Part shown: positions 45,995 through 55,561 of the stretch, piece by piece
Layout of the letters: the number at the start of each line of letters is the position of its first letter
Position numbering within the stretch: position 1 is the first letter of the stretch
Origin: a virus
Lineage: Duplodnaviria; Caudoviricetes
DNA: 64,000 bases
IMG/VR virus record: IMGVR_UViG_2700989102_000001
Location: 32,001-96,000 of that record
Reading direction: 5' to 3' (one strand)
Program-made: the position numbers and the translations under genes
Notes under the pieces: generated by a model
Database searches by the model: none
Told to the model about the DNA's origin: nothing
What the model saw: the letters and a program-made list of their open reading frames with translations, nothing else

Positions 45995-46479
45995 CCGACA
46001 CTCGGCATAAGTACAACCTGAAGCGCTGGATGATGCACGCCCATGCCCTCGACACCCCCAATGGAAAGATAATCCTCTGCGGGGAGTGCGGCATAGAACT
46101 CACCGAGGAAACAGTCACCATAGGCCACTGGCCGGTGCCCGCATACCTCGGTGGGACATGGACCCGCAACAACGTCCGACCGGAGTGTTTCGAGTGCAAC
46201 GCCGGCGAGGGCTCCGCGATGTCCAGACTCCCCGCGAAACTCGTGTGGGAGATTGTCTACGAGCGGGCCACCGGCTTCATCTACTTAGAAAAGATGAAGC
46301 GGTTGGGGTTAACACCCATCAAAGTGTCCCCGAATTTTGGAAAAGTCCACCGCAAAGCCGTAAAGATGGGCAAGGGGTGGGCGGCGATGCCCAAACACAC
46401 CCCCTACCGCCCGCGGATGTGGCGGATATCAGGAGAATGCCTTGAAGAAAAAGCTGAAGGTAACCCTGTATTCCAGTGA
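45991..46479 (+). CDS. HNH endonuclease
   Basis: CGECG..LT...TIGH.PVP...GG.W...NVRP.C..CN. Confidence 0.75.
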   Translation: MTDTRHKYNLKRWMMHAHALDTPNGKIILCGECGIELTEETVTIGHWPVPAYLGGTWTRNNVRPECFECNAGEGSAMSRLPAKLVWEIVYERATGFIYLEKMKRLGLTPIKVSPNFGKVHRKAVKMGKGWAAMPKHTPYRPRMWRISGECLEEKAEGNPVFQ

Positions 46480-46813
46480 TAATGGAATCCGGAGCGCCAT
46501 AAGGACCGCATTCAGCGGTGCGGGCTACGACCTCCTCGAGATCACTGATGCCTCCAAGGCCCCTCGGGTGGATCTCAACGAAGAGCAGCAGCCGGGGACG
46601 ATCGGCCGCCTCCAACTCCCCGAGCGGGTAGACGCCGTGGTTACCAAGACGGGGCTCAATGCGCGGGTCGAAGGCTTAGCGGCTTCGTTGGCGCTCAAGC
46701 AGTCCAGGAACGATGTCTACTGCTACGTGATTCCAGAGGCTCTCGATGCACTGCGGGCCAAGCTCGATCGCATGGGTGAATTGGTCCTTGTGGGTGGTGA
46801 TCAAGGTCGATGA
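46442..46813 (+). CDS. Hypothetical protein
   Basis: AGGAG RBS. Confidence 0.6.
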   Translation: MKKKLKVTLYSSDNGIRSAIRTAFSGAGYDLLEITDASKAPRVDLNEEQQPGTIGRLQLPERVDAVVTKTGLNARVEGLAASLALKQSRNDVYCYVIPEALDALRAKLDRMGELVLVGGDQGR

Positions 46814-46847
46814 GGCAGCCGAAGACTTTGAACGAATGGTCACATAA

Positions 46848-47036
46848 TTGATTACCCTTCTCTGGATATATCTATCCTTCGGGATCATCTCAGGCGTCTT
46901 CATAGGGGGCGCTTATCTTCTTGAGCACCCCAATAAAGAGGGCGCGCTCGACTCTTTAGCCATTGCCCTGGTCACCACCGCCACTTGGCCATGGGTCGCC
47001 TGGATCGCCATCGGCGATCTTCTCAATCTTCGATAA
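46848..47036 (+). CDS. Small membrane protein
   Basis: Two TM segments, WP motif. Confidence 0.65.
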   Translation: MITLLWIYLSFGIISGVFIGGAYLLEHPNKEGALDSLAIALVTTATWPWVAWIAIGDLLNLR

Positions 47037-47047
47037 CGGAGAAAGCC

Positions 47048-48388
47048 TTGAAATTCGATCCGCCCGCCAACAGCAACTACGCCTGCACGGTTGTGAAGAT
47101 CCCCGCGACCATTACCCTGCCGGGGTTGGACAATTTGGTTGGGGTTCCAGTTTTGGGCCACCAGGCGCTCACCCAGAAGGATAAACAGGCCGGCGAGCTG
47201 GCCTTGGCGTTCACCGCCGAGATTCAACTCTCCGAGGAGTACGCCGCGTACAACAATCTGTTCCGCGACTCCTCCCTGAACCGCGACCAGGTCGAGAAGG
47301 GTTATCTTGAGGCCAATCGCCGGATCAGAGCCCTCAAGCTCCGCGGCCACCGCAGCGACGCCCTCCTGATGCCCCTGGAGTCACTCGCCTACACGGGCGT
47401 GGATGTCTCCCAGCTGCAAGAGGGCGACGTGTTCGACGCCGTCAACGGCCACGAGATCTGCCGTAAATACACCCTTCCAGTGAAGCGGCAGCCGCAGGCC
47501 AAGTCCAAGGTGGAGAAGGCGTTCAAGAGGGTTGACACCAAGCTTTTCCCCGAGCATATCAGCACAGATCAGTTCCACCGCAATCAGCGCCTGTTGCGCC
47601 CGGGCCGGGAAATCGTGATCACCCAGAAGCTCCACGGGACCAGCATTCGCGTCGGCCGGGTCCCCTGCCTGCGCCAGAAGGGCCGCCTGGAGCGACTCCT
47701 GAATCGCTGGCTCCCGACGCCGGATTACACCTACGACGCCGTGTTCGGCTCCCGCAAGGTGATCAAGGACGTCAACAACCCGAACCAGAATCACTACTAC
47801 CAGTCGGACATCTGGACGGACTACGGCAAGAAGATCGCTGACCTCATCCCGGAGGGGTATATCGTCTACGGGGAGCTCATAGGGTGGACTCCCGTCAAGG
47901 ACGGTATGCAGTTCGACACCTCGCCAATTCAGAAGAATTACACCTACAACCTTCCCGAGGGCCAGGCGGAACTCTACGTCTACCGGGTGGCCACCATCAA
48001 CACCCAGGGAACCCTTGCGGATCTTCCTTGGGACGCGGTGAAGGAATTCTGCCTCGCCCGGGGCCTGAAGTGGACCCCGGAGATGGGTCGCGTCTCCTTC
48101 GGCCCGCAAACGCTCTGGTCGGCCGAAGACATTGAGCAATATGTCAACGAATTGATGGATATGCGTTACGCGGACTACTACGACGAGGTCGTCGCCAAAG
48201 ATGAGGAACTAGCGGCCATTTTTGAGCGTCCCATTCCATTGTCCGATAAGAAGACGGTGGACGAGGGCGTGGTGCTGCGCCAAGAGGGCATCGTCCCCGT
48301 TTTGCTAAAGGCTAAGGCACCGGCGTTCCTTCTTCACGAAACGAAGCTCCTCGACGCCGAAGAGCAAGACATCGAATCCGCCGCATAA
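47048..48388 (+). CDS. RNA ligase (Rnl2/DRB0094-like, N-terminal OB domain)
   Basis: Motif I TQKLHGTS, YGELIG, EGVVLR, KAK; KLRGHRS. Confidence 0.88.
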   Translation: MKFDPPANSNYACTVVKIPATITLPGLDNLVGVPVLGHQALTQKDKQAGELALAFTAEIQLSEEYAAYNNLFRDSSLNRDQVEKGYLEANRRIRALKLRGHRSDALLMPLESLAYTGVDVSQLQEGDVFDAVNGHEICRKYTLPVKRQPQAKSKVEKAFKRVDTKLFPEHISTDQFHRNQRLLRPGREIVITQKLHGTSIRVGRVPCLRQKGRLERLLNRWLPTPDYTYDAVFGSRKVIKDVNNPNQNHYYQSDIWTDYGKKIADLIPEGYIVYGELIGWTPVKDGMQFDTSPIQKNYTYNLPEGQAELYVYRVATINTQGTLADLPWDAVKEFCLARGLKWTPEMGRVSFGPQTLWSAEDIEQYVNELMDMRYADYYDEVVAKDEELAAIFERPIPLSDKKTVDEGVVLRQEGIVPVLLKAKAPAFLLHETKLLDAEEQDIESAA

Positions 48389-48398
48389 GGAGTTTTGA

Positions 48399-49109
48399 TT
48401 GAACGACTGGGACGAGGCCCGCAGAAAGAGCCTGGAACTCCAAAAGCTGGAACTCGATGTCGAGAACGCCAAGCTGGATCTCCGCCGGCTCGCCGCGGAG
48501 GCGGAGGAGAAAGAGCACCAGGCGGCGCTGGCCGCCATCAGGCTGCGGGAGGCCGAGGCGGAAGAGGTTGAGCGGGATTCCTCGGATGCCGCCAACTACA
48601 CCTATCGGTTTGCCGACGAGGTGGATGACGACTCGATCTTCGCTTTGATGGACACGGTGAACGCCTGGCACCGCCAGGACCCGGAGTCGAAGTGGAATTT
48701 GATCGTTGACTCCCCGGGTGGATACTGCAATTCGGGCTTCCACGCCATCGACCAGCTGATCGAGTATTCGGTGTGGGGCGGCGGCTCCCACCACATCACC
48801 ATGACGGTAAGGGGCATGGCCGCCTCTATGGGCGGAATCATTCTCCAGGCTGCGGATGAGAGGGTTATGGGAAGAAACGCCCAGATCCTTATCCATCCCA
48901 TCTCGTCGGGGCTATACGGCGGCAGGGGCGAACTCCATGACTACATGGGTCGCATTGAGATGCTCACCGCGCAGGCCGAGAAACTCTTCAAGCACCGCGC
49001 AGGGAAGAAGCTTCCCAGGAAGAAACTTAAAAACGCGCTTATGCATAAGAACTGGTGGATCGGTGCTGAAGAGGCGCTGGAGTACGCCCTCGTAGACAGG
49101 ATTGGATAA
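48399..49109 (+). CDS. ClpP-like protease with N-terminal coiled coil
   Basis: DSPGG, AASMG, ILIHP, W..AEEALEYALVD. Confidence 0.88.
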   Translation: MNDWDEARRKSLELQKLELDVENAKLDLRRLAAEAEEKEHQAALAAIRLREAEAEEVERDSSDAANYTYRFADEVDDDSIFALMDTVNAWHRQDPESKWNLIVDSPGGYCNSGFHAIDQLIEYSVWGGGSHHITMTVRGMAASMGGIILQAADERVMGRNAQILIHPISSGLYGGRGELHDYMGRIEMLTAQAEKLFKHRAGKKLPRKKLKNALMHKNWWIGAEEALEYALVDRIG

Positions 49110-49639
49110 TGAGTCGTCAAATAGTCGTGGTGGACACGGAGACCGGGGGGCTCGGTCCCAACGCTCCGGTGTTGGAGATCGCAGCGGTCAATGTCGAGAC
49201 CGGGGAGGAATTTCGTGTCGTCCCGTTCCTCACGGCGGCGCAACTCTCCTCCTGCGAACCCGAGGCGCTCGCCATCAATCGATTCTATGAGCGCCGGGTG
49301 TTCGCGGACATGCTAGAGAACGCCGGGGGGAATAAGAACGCTTTCGGCTGGCTGCGCAGCATGCTTGACGGAAATGTGTTCGCAGGCTCAAACCCGGCAT
49401 TTGACGCGCCGCTAATCGCCAAACTGTTGAACGGCGAGCCGTGGCATCATCGCAAACTTGCGCTGGAATCGTATGCGGCAGGCGTGCTGGGCCTGCCCCT
49501 CGACGAGCTCCCGGGCCTCAACAAGGTCTGCGAAATCCTCGGGGTAGAGAATGAAGACCCCCATTCCGCACTGGGGGACGCGCGGGCCACGGCCGAGTGC
49601 TTCCGAAGGTTGCGGGCCGAGCGATCGGTAATGGCGTGA
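49109..49639 (+). CDS. DnaQ-like (DEDDh) 3'-5' exonuclease
   Basis: VDTETGG, N..FD, HSALGDA. Confidence 0.92.
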   Translation: MSRQIVVVDTETGGLGPNAPVLEIAAVNVETGEEFRVVPFLTAAQLSSCEPEALAINRFYERRVFADMLENAGGNKNAFGWLRSMLDGNVFAGSNPAFDAPLIAKLLNGEPWHHRKLALESYAAGVLGLPLDELPGLNKVCEILGVENEDPHSALGDARATAECFRRLRAERSVMA

Positions 49640-49670
49640 TGATCCGCTACGAAGATCGGGTCTACCGGCC

Positions 49671-49877
49671 GTGAACCTTATCGCCGAATTCGACCAGCAG
49701 TTGGCCTACGCAGAAGAAGTCGTCGATTATCTGATCGGGCGGGTGGGCGCCGGCTCTAAATTCTCCCGCCTCCAATCCCTGGTGGTTGAGGATATCGACA
49801 GCTTCAAGCAGTTCTCTACTTTCGACTTGAAGCTTCTCTTGGCCATAGCGATAGACAGGTTGGCGAACTATGAGTGA
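49671..49877 (+). CDS. Hypothetical protein
   Basis: ORF in operon. Confidence 0.5.
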   Translation: MNLIAEFDQQLAYAEEVVDYLIGRVGAGSKFSRLQSLVVEDIDSFKQFSTFDLKLLLAIAIDRLANYE

Positions 49878-50133
49878 GGACATTATAGAGCTCGCTGAAG
49901 CGCTAAAGGCGGCCCGCGAAGAACTCGCTGAGAACGCTGGAGTCATCAAGGCGCTTCGGCGGCAGCGCGACGTGGCCGAAAACCGCGTCGCATTCCTGGA
50001 GCGGGCCCTGCGTAACGCGGAGACTTTCGCAGAGGCGGCCCGGGTGGACCCGGAGGACGCCATAGAGGTGAACCTCGACGAGGGCGAATCGCGGAGCTTT
50101 CTGCTGAAAGACGTCGAACGACCACATTCATAA
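49870..50133 (+). CDS. Coiled-coil hypothetical protein
   Basis: ELAENAGVIKALRRQRD.AE. Confidence 0.6.
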   Translation: MSEDIIELAEALKAAREELAENAGVIKALRRQRDVAENRVAFLERALRNAETFAEAARVDPEDAIEVNLDEGESRSFLLKDVERPHS

Positions 50134-50730
50134 ATGTCGTCGAACGACAACAGGGGGGTTGGGTTGGGCGAGGTCAAACACGGCAGGGACGACAAGCTTG
50201 AGGCGGATGCCGACAAGTGGCTCGCCCGGGGCGTCGGGAAGAATAAGCGCGGCCTTGAACGCGACCTCGAAAAGGTTCGTTACGAATCAGGTTCCGTTTC
50301 TGCGGCCGAGTTGAGGTTTTACGACCCTACCAACAACTGGGATAGTAAAGATTCGGCGTATACAATTTACGTCGCGCCAACTGACCTTGAGGGCGTTGAG
50401 CCCACAGCATGCGTGGATGGCAATGTCCGGGCCAGAAGCCGCGAGGACCCCAACTTGCCCGATGGGACCTGGGGCAGGGCCGGCGCGGAAGAACTGAAGG
50501 GTATGCGTCGCCACGTTGAGGATGACGATAGCGGCGGATCAACTTTCGAGTTCATTCCATTACTCGGCGCCAATGAGATCACGTCGGGGAAAGCGTGCAC
50601 CAAATGTGGACTGAGGAAGCGGTTGGAGTACTTCTCTCCAGATTCGAGAAGCGGCGATGGCCTGCACTCATGGTGCAAGCGATGCCGTAAAGAATCCGCG
50701 AGGAATGCCTACGTCAGAAAAATTGAATAA
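50134..50730 (+). CDS. Hypothetical protein with C-terminal zinc finger
   Basis: K.CTKCG..K....F....DGLHSWCKRC. Confidence 0.65.
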   Translation: MSSNDNRGVGLGEVKHGRDDKLEADADKWLARGVGKNKRGLERDLEKVRYESGSVSAAELRFYDPTNNWDSKDSAYTIYVAPTDLEGVEPTACVDGNVRARSREDPNLPDGTWGRAGAEELKGMRRHVEDDDSGGSTFEFIPLLGANEITSGKACTKCGLRKRLEYFSPDSRSGDGLHSWCKRCRKESARNAYVRKIE

Positions 50731-50817
50731 TCGCAGGTCAGGTTGGTAATTATTTTCAACCCGATAGTGGAGGGGAATAAAAGATTTTCCACAGACTATA
50801 GAGGGTTGGGCTGAGCT

Positions 50818-51027
50818 ATGGCGATGGGCGACGATGCACCTCCGGAGCCCTGCCTGGTGGACGGTTGTTACGGGGATCGCATTTACGGTAGTTGCATGTG
50901 CCGCGCCCATACAATGGCGGGCGCAAACCCTCTCGGCCCCGACGAGGAATGGACCTGCGAATGCGGCGGCTGGGACCCGTGGTGCGACCACGATGTCATC
51001 TTTGATGAGCCCTACCTCTTAGACTAA
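50818..51027 (+). CDS. Small Cys-rich protein
   Basis: CLVDGC..MCRAH..CECG..C.H. Confidence 0.55.
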   Translation: MAMGDDAPPEPCLVDGCYGDRIYGSCMCRAHTMAGANPLGPDEEWTCECGGWDPWCDHDVIFDEPYLLD

Positions 51028-51175
51028 ACGGGGCCAGCCGGATAACCTCGCGAGCGCAAAGCCAAACAACCGGCACTAAAGCCAGGTCGCTGCTCCCTGC
51101 GGGTAGAGCGGCGGCCCCGGCCGGTCCATCAGCCCCAGTGCACGGGGGAGAGCAACCTGGTGGACCGGCCATCTC
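51028..51175 (+). ncRNA. Putative structured intergenic RNA element
   Basis: Stems GCCGG/CCGGC, GGTCGCTGCTC/GAGCGGCGGCC, GGCCGGTCCA/TGGACCGGCC. Confidence 0.4.
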
Positions 51176-51476
51176 TTCTTTAGGGGTATTCAATGAAGGA
51201 TGCTGCGTGAACGCCCGGGAGAAGTGGCTGCAGATCATAGCCGACATTGTCGAATATGAACTGTGTGCCGATCAGGGTCAACTGCTCAGCGAAGAGGCTG
51301 ACAGGTGGATTGAACGCTCGCCAGTGCTCGCGAGGGGAATCATCCTGGGGGTCGGCGCGGCCCTCACCCTTCATTTAGCCAACGCCATCCCACCCAAGTG
51401 GGATGTCATCTCCAAGGGATTCTTCCTTTGGGGTCGCATTCGAAATAGCTAATCGCCAAATCAAAGGGGAACTTGA

Positions 51477-52208
51477 ATGGCGAGCGTAAAACGACTGTAC
51501 GTTGGTGGCCCCATGAGTCCGGAATCATTCGGACTGACGGAGACGCCCACCGACTGGGATTGGAACCATCCAGCCTTCAACAAGGCTGCAGAGTTCTATC
51601 GTTCACAGGGGTACGAGGTTGTCAACCCCGCCGAGATGGACGCCGAAGCCGGAGATGTCGGGGCACTCGAATGGCACGAGTATCTTCGCCGGGATATCAA
51701 GGTCCTGGCCGACTGCACCCATATTGCCATGCTCCCCGGCTGGGAGAACAGCAAGGGCGCGCAGCTAGAGCACCACATCGCCCAGGAATTGGGCTTGACG
51801 GTGGAATACCTCGGGGACACCCCTCGACTGAATATTCTCGACGGTACGACCGAATTCATGCGCCTGGGTCGACAGAATGTCGACGGCGGGCAGTTCAACG
51901 ACTACGCCATTCGCGAACTTCGCTACAAGCTCCTGAAAGAGGAGTACGGGGAGTGGGAATGGGCCGATCTCCACGGCGATCTCGTAGAGGTTGTTGACGG
52001 CCTCCTGGACATCATTGTGGTGGCCTGGGGGTCTCTCCTGGCATTCGTCGGCGAAGATAAGGCCAAGGCTGCCGCGGCAGAGGTTGTGCGCTCCAATCTT
52101 GACAAAGTCAAGGGCGAGGGTCTGCCGACCTTCAATGCGGCCGGCAAGATCCAGAAACCGCCGGGTTGGCGTGCCCCCGACATCGCGGGGGTGCTGGGGG
52201 TCAAATGA
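51477..52208 (+). CDS. DUF4406 (nucleoside deoxyribosyltransferase-like) fused to MazG-like NTP pyrophosphohydrolase
   Basis: YVGGPMS..N.PAF..NPA..LPGWE.S.GA.LE; EEY.E..D...D....V.RSN..K..GKI.KP.GW..PD. Confidence 0.8.
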   Translation: MASVKRLYVGGPMSPESFGLTETPTDWDWNHPAFNKAAEFYRSQGYEVVNPAEMDAEAGDVGALEWHEYLRRDIKVLADCTHIAMLPGWENSKGAQLEHHIAQELGLTVEYLGDTPRLNILDGTTEFMRLGRQNVDGGQFNDYAIRELRYKLLKEEYGEWEWADLHGDLVEVVDGLLDIIVVAWGSLLAFVGEDKAKAAAAEVVRSNLDKVKGEGLPTFNAAGKIQKPPGWRAPDIAGVLGVK

Positions 52209-52771
52209 GTTACGCCTGCATCCGGTGTGAAACCCCGCTCCCGCGCAAGCGCGTCACGGGCCAGTGTCGCGAATGCTTTCTAAAGTCCAGCTCTACCGGT
52301 AAGCGCTGCGCGGACTGCGGCCGGCGCTGCAAGCGGAGCGAGGTCCGGTGCCCCGCGTGCCGCGGGGCGGCGCCCACGAGGGTGTGTCCAGACTGCGGCG
52401 GCAAGAAGACGCTTAGGTCGTTTCGCTGCTCGGGCTGCCACAACAGGCTTGTCCGGGCGGGCGAGAGGGGCAAGGATCACCGCGCCTGGAAGGGCGGCAG
52501 GGTTGAGTGCAAGGACGGGTACGTCCGCATCTACATGCCCGACCATCCGCGCGCCCATAATGGCCGGTACGTACTTGAGCATATCGCCGTAATGGAGCGG
52601 GAGCTGGGGCGATACCTGCATCCAGACGAGCGTGTCCATCACCGCAATAAGGTGCGAAACGATAATAGGCCAGAGAACCTCGAACTCTGGTCGGTGGGGC
52701 ACCCCGCGGGTGCCCGAGTCGAGGATTTGGTTACTTGGGCCAGGGAAGTGCTCACCCGCTATGACAGTTAA
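52205..52771 (+). CDS. HNH endonuclease with Cys-rich N-terminus
   Basis: WKGG, P.HP, YVLEH..VME..LGR.L...E.VHH.N....DNRPENLELW. Confidence 0.9.
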   Translation: MSYACIRCETPLPRKRVTGQCRECFLKSSSTGKRCADCGRRCKRSEVRCPACRGAAPTRVCPDCGGKKTLRSFRCSGCHNRLVRAGERGKDHRAWKGGRVECKDGYVRIYMPDHPRAHNGRYVLEHIAVMERELGRYLHPDERVHHRNKVRNDNRPENLELWSVGHPAGARVEDLVTWAREVLTRYDS

Positions 52772-53150
52772 AGAAGAAATCCGTACAGTATCGTCGACTG
52801 GTGCCCGTAAGGGCACAAAGATGTGTAGGCCGGACCTTATCCCCGCCAAGGCTCACATGGAGTTGGCGACCCACTATGCCCATGGGGCCGCCAAGTACAC
52901 CGAGTACGACAACAAGGGGAATGTGACCCACGAGGGCGGTAATAATTGGCGCCTGGGTTACGAGTGGTCTAAGTCCATCGCCGCCCTGGAGCGGCACCTG
53001 CTCGCATTCAAGTCCGGCGAGGACTATGACGCCGAGTTCGGCAGCAAGCACATTATTGCCGCGGCGTGGCATTGCATGACGCTCGCGACATTCATGGACG
53101 AGCATCCTGAGTTCGATGACCGCTGGTCGACCATAAGTAAACGAACCTAA
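52761..53150 (+). CDS. dATP/dGTP diphosphohydrolase domain protein (DUF5664-like)
   Basis: DLIP, GAAKY, NNW..G..WS...ALERH...GED.D.E...H...AAWH. Confidence 0.85.
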   Translation: MTVKEEIRTVSSTGARKGTKMCRPDLIPAKAHMELATHYAHGAAKYTEYDNKGNVTHEGGNNWRLGYEWSKSIAALERHLLAFKSGEDYDAEFGSKHIIAAAWHCMTLATFMDEHPEFDDRWSTISKRT

Positions 53151-53163
53151 AGGGGGAGCGACC

Positions 53164-53397
53164 ATGTCGCTTACCGACAGGCTTGCCGCTCGTCGGCAGT
53201 ACGCAACACTTTCCAACAATGGCTGTGCCACCTGCAAGTGGCTGGCCACCCGCTCCAATCAGGAGCGCGCCGATATCGACGCATGGATTGATGCAGGGCT
53301 GTCTTTGACCCCTTTGCATGAGGAATGTGTCGCCGAGGGTCTGCCGGTGGGTTTGTCCGCCTTTACGGGCCACGTCAGGAAGTGTCATAAACGGTGA
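53164..53397 (+). CDS. Small zinc-binding protein
   Basis: GCATC.W...H...C. Confidence 0.7.
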   Translation: MSLTDRLAARRQYATLSNNGCATCKWLATRSNQERADIDAWIDAGLSLTPLHEECVAEGLPVGLSAFTGHVRKCHKR

Positions 53398-54554
53398 GCG
53401 ACGAGAAGAGTTTGGGCGACCGCCTGGCGGAGCGATTGTCGGAGCAAAAGCCCGACAACGCCCCCATTGTGCCCCGCACCGAGTTTGACGGTTCAACGGG
53501 GCATATCCAGACGGGGCCAATGGAAGAGGCGCCCGACGACTTCTCCGCATTGCTGGAACAGTTCGGGTACGACCCGCAGAAGGTCAGGATCGTCGGCAAC
53601 CCGCGCACGTCGCGTTGGCAGGCTTTTGACGGCCGCTGGCTGACCGCCTACCGCTTCCATATTGCCCAGACGATGCCCGGACTGGATCTGCCGGCGCTTT
53701 ACGCCGCCGTGGAGCGGGATCACGAGGTTCGCACCTCAGCCCGCGTAGACGGTGAGGCTACCGTTGTGGTGGCGTGGGGCGACGTCCAGACCGGCAAGGT
53801 GGACCACCTCGGCGGCATGGAGGAGCTCCTTCACCGTCTTCAGGACAAGCGTGACGCTCTGCGTGAGTACCTGGCGCGTACCCCGCATGATCACATCGTG
53901 ATTGCCGATGTTGGCGATATTATCGAGGGCTTCGACAACGTCGACTCTCAGATTCGCACCAACGGGCTTTCCCTGATGGACCAGGTGGAGGTGGCGGCGA
54001 CGGAGTTCTGGAAGACCATCAAACTGTGCACCGAATACGCGCCGGTCGATGTTCTGTCCATCCCGTCCAATCACTGCGCCTGGCGCCGCGGCAGCAAGCA
54101 GATCGCGGGCCTACCCAACGATGACTGGGGTATCCACATCTCCAAGCGCCTGGAGGGGCTGAGCAACGAGCTCGGCCTGGGCGTGAAGTTCCATCGCCCC
54201 GAATCCGAGTACCTGGAGATGCTGGAGTTCGACATTCGCGGCACCCGCCTCGGATTGGCCCACGGGCATCAGGCGAAAAATCCGAAGAACGTTTGCGATT
54301 GGTGGGCGAAGATGTCCCACGCTGGCGAACTGTCTTGCGACGTTCTCCTCACCGGACACTTCCATTTCCCGACGTTCCGCCCCTCCGGCCGGAATCCTCG
54401 CACGGGCCGGACCAAGTGGCATGTGCAGTGCAGCACCCTCGACAACGGGTCCGCCTGGGTCCGGAACGCCTTCGGTGAAGACGGCGACCCGGCTTTGACG
54501 GTGTTCACCATTGATGAGAACGGCTTCAATGTGAGTGGGTTCGCGCTGCTGTGA
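53394..54554 (+). CDS. Calcineurin-like metallophosphoesterase (Mre11-like nuclease)
   Basis: D.Q.GK, GDIIEG, SNH, AHGH, GHFH. Confidence 0.85.
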   Translation: MSDEKSLGDRLAERLSEQKPDNAPIVPRTEFDGSTGHIQTGPMEEAPDDFSALLEQFGYDPQKVRIVGNPRTSRWQAFDGRWLTAYRFHIAQTMPGLDLPALYAAVERDHEVRTSARVDGEATVVVAWGDVQTGKVDHLGGMEELLHRLQDKRDALREYLARTPHDHIVIADVGDIIEGFDNVDSQIRTNGLSLMDQVEVAATEFWKTIKLCTEYAPVDVLSIPSNHCAWRRGSKQIAGLPNDDWGIHISKRLEGLSNELGLGVKFHRPESEYLEMLEFDIRGTRLGLAHGHQAKNPKNVCDWWAKMSHAGELSCDVLLTGHFHFPTFRPSGRNPRTGRTKWHVQCSTLDNGSAWVRNAFGEDGDPALTVFTIDENGFNVSGFALL

Positions 54555-54793
54555 CCCGCAAAAGGTTTGAGCCAACGGATGAGGCTTGGGCGCTCTACGC
54601 CAAGGCGCTGGAAACCGAGGTCGCGGGGCCGCCTCCACCCCTCGAAGAGGTCCTCTGGGAGCGCCTGGAGGAGTTGGAGCGCCGGGTCGCCCAATTGGAA
54701 TCCCACCGCCACGTTATCGGCGACGGCATGATCAATGGCCGTTACGAGAAGTTCGCCACCGGGGAGCCTATCGGCCCTCGTGAGGAAAGGTAG
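54551..54793 (+). CDS. Hypothetical protein
   Basis: GTGA coupling. Confidence 0.55.
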   Translation: MTRKRFEPTDEAWALYAKALETEVAGPPPPLEEVLWERLEELERRVAQLESHRHVIGDGMINGRYEKFATGEPIGPREER

Positions 54794-54798
54794 TCGTT

Positions 54799-55032
54799 TT
54801 GCACGACGAAGATTGCACCTGCGGTATCCCCGAGGGCGCGGTGGTCATGAATGTTTTGACGGTTGTCGAATACATGACCGAGGATGGCGAAATCTGGAAG
54901 GGCGACTTCTCCCACGATAGCGCCGGGAACGAAATGGACCACGGCAAACTTCTGGAGTTGTGCGAGTGGGCCCGCATGATCAGGTCAATGTCGATCATGG
55001 CAGACATGATCCATGACCTAGAGGACGAATAA
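54799..55032 (+). CDS. Hypothetical protein
   Basis: ORF in operon with RBS. Confidence 0.6.
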   Translation: MHDEDCTCGIPEGAVVMNVLTVVEYMTEDGEIWKGDFSHDSAGNEMDHGKLLELCEWARMIRSMSIMADMIHDLEDE

Positions 55033-55058
55033 CAACTAATCTTCAGGGGAACGAAGAT

Positions 55059-55310
55059 ATGGCACGATTCCGAGATATTCGCCCTCAGCTCCTTAAGGGT
55101 GTGCACGAACAAGACTACGACAATCCGGCTACTCCGAAGTGGATCTCTCCACTGGCCTCCGGGTTTCTGATCGCCAAGGAGCTGGGGATTGACCTCCCCA
55201 CCCCCAAGCAGAACCGCGCAGGCAGGCGTAGGGCAGGCGTTAGGCGGTTGCGCCGGCGCCTACCCGGTGTCGCCATTGCGAAGACCCAGCAGCCCTGGAG
55301 GATGAAGTGA
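55059..55310 (+). CDS. Basic hypothetical protein
   Basis: NRAGRR, Arg-rich C-terminus. Confidence 0.55.
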   Translation: MARFRDIRPQLLKGVHEQDYDNPATPKWISPLASGFLIAKELGIDLPTPKQNRAGRRRAGVRRLRRRLPGVAIAKTQQPWRMK

Positions 55311-55561
55311 TCCTCACGAACTCTCTGGGCGACGTGAAGTACGTTCTCGCCGTCGACGACACCCCAAAGAATCCTGTCGAGGGCTACGAGTCATACCGGG
55401 TTCGCGGCGGGGTCGCCCTCCGTGACGCGCGAATTGTCGACGTCCCGCTGCCTATGCAGGTGACGGTGACCCCCGGCTGGCTGGAGGAGATGCGCAGCGG
55501 CTTCTGGCCCGGCGACGATGCCCTGCTCGCTTTCGAACTGCTGAAGGACGCCGCCAAATGA
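55307..55561 (+). CDS. Hypothetical protein
   Basis: GGAGG RBS, coupled. Confidence 0.6.
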   Translation: MILTNSLGDVKYVLAVDDTPKNPVEGYESYRVRGGVALRDARIVDVPLPMQVTVTPGWLEEMRSGFWPGDDALLAFELLKDAAK

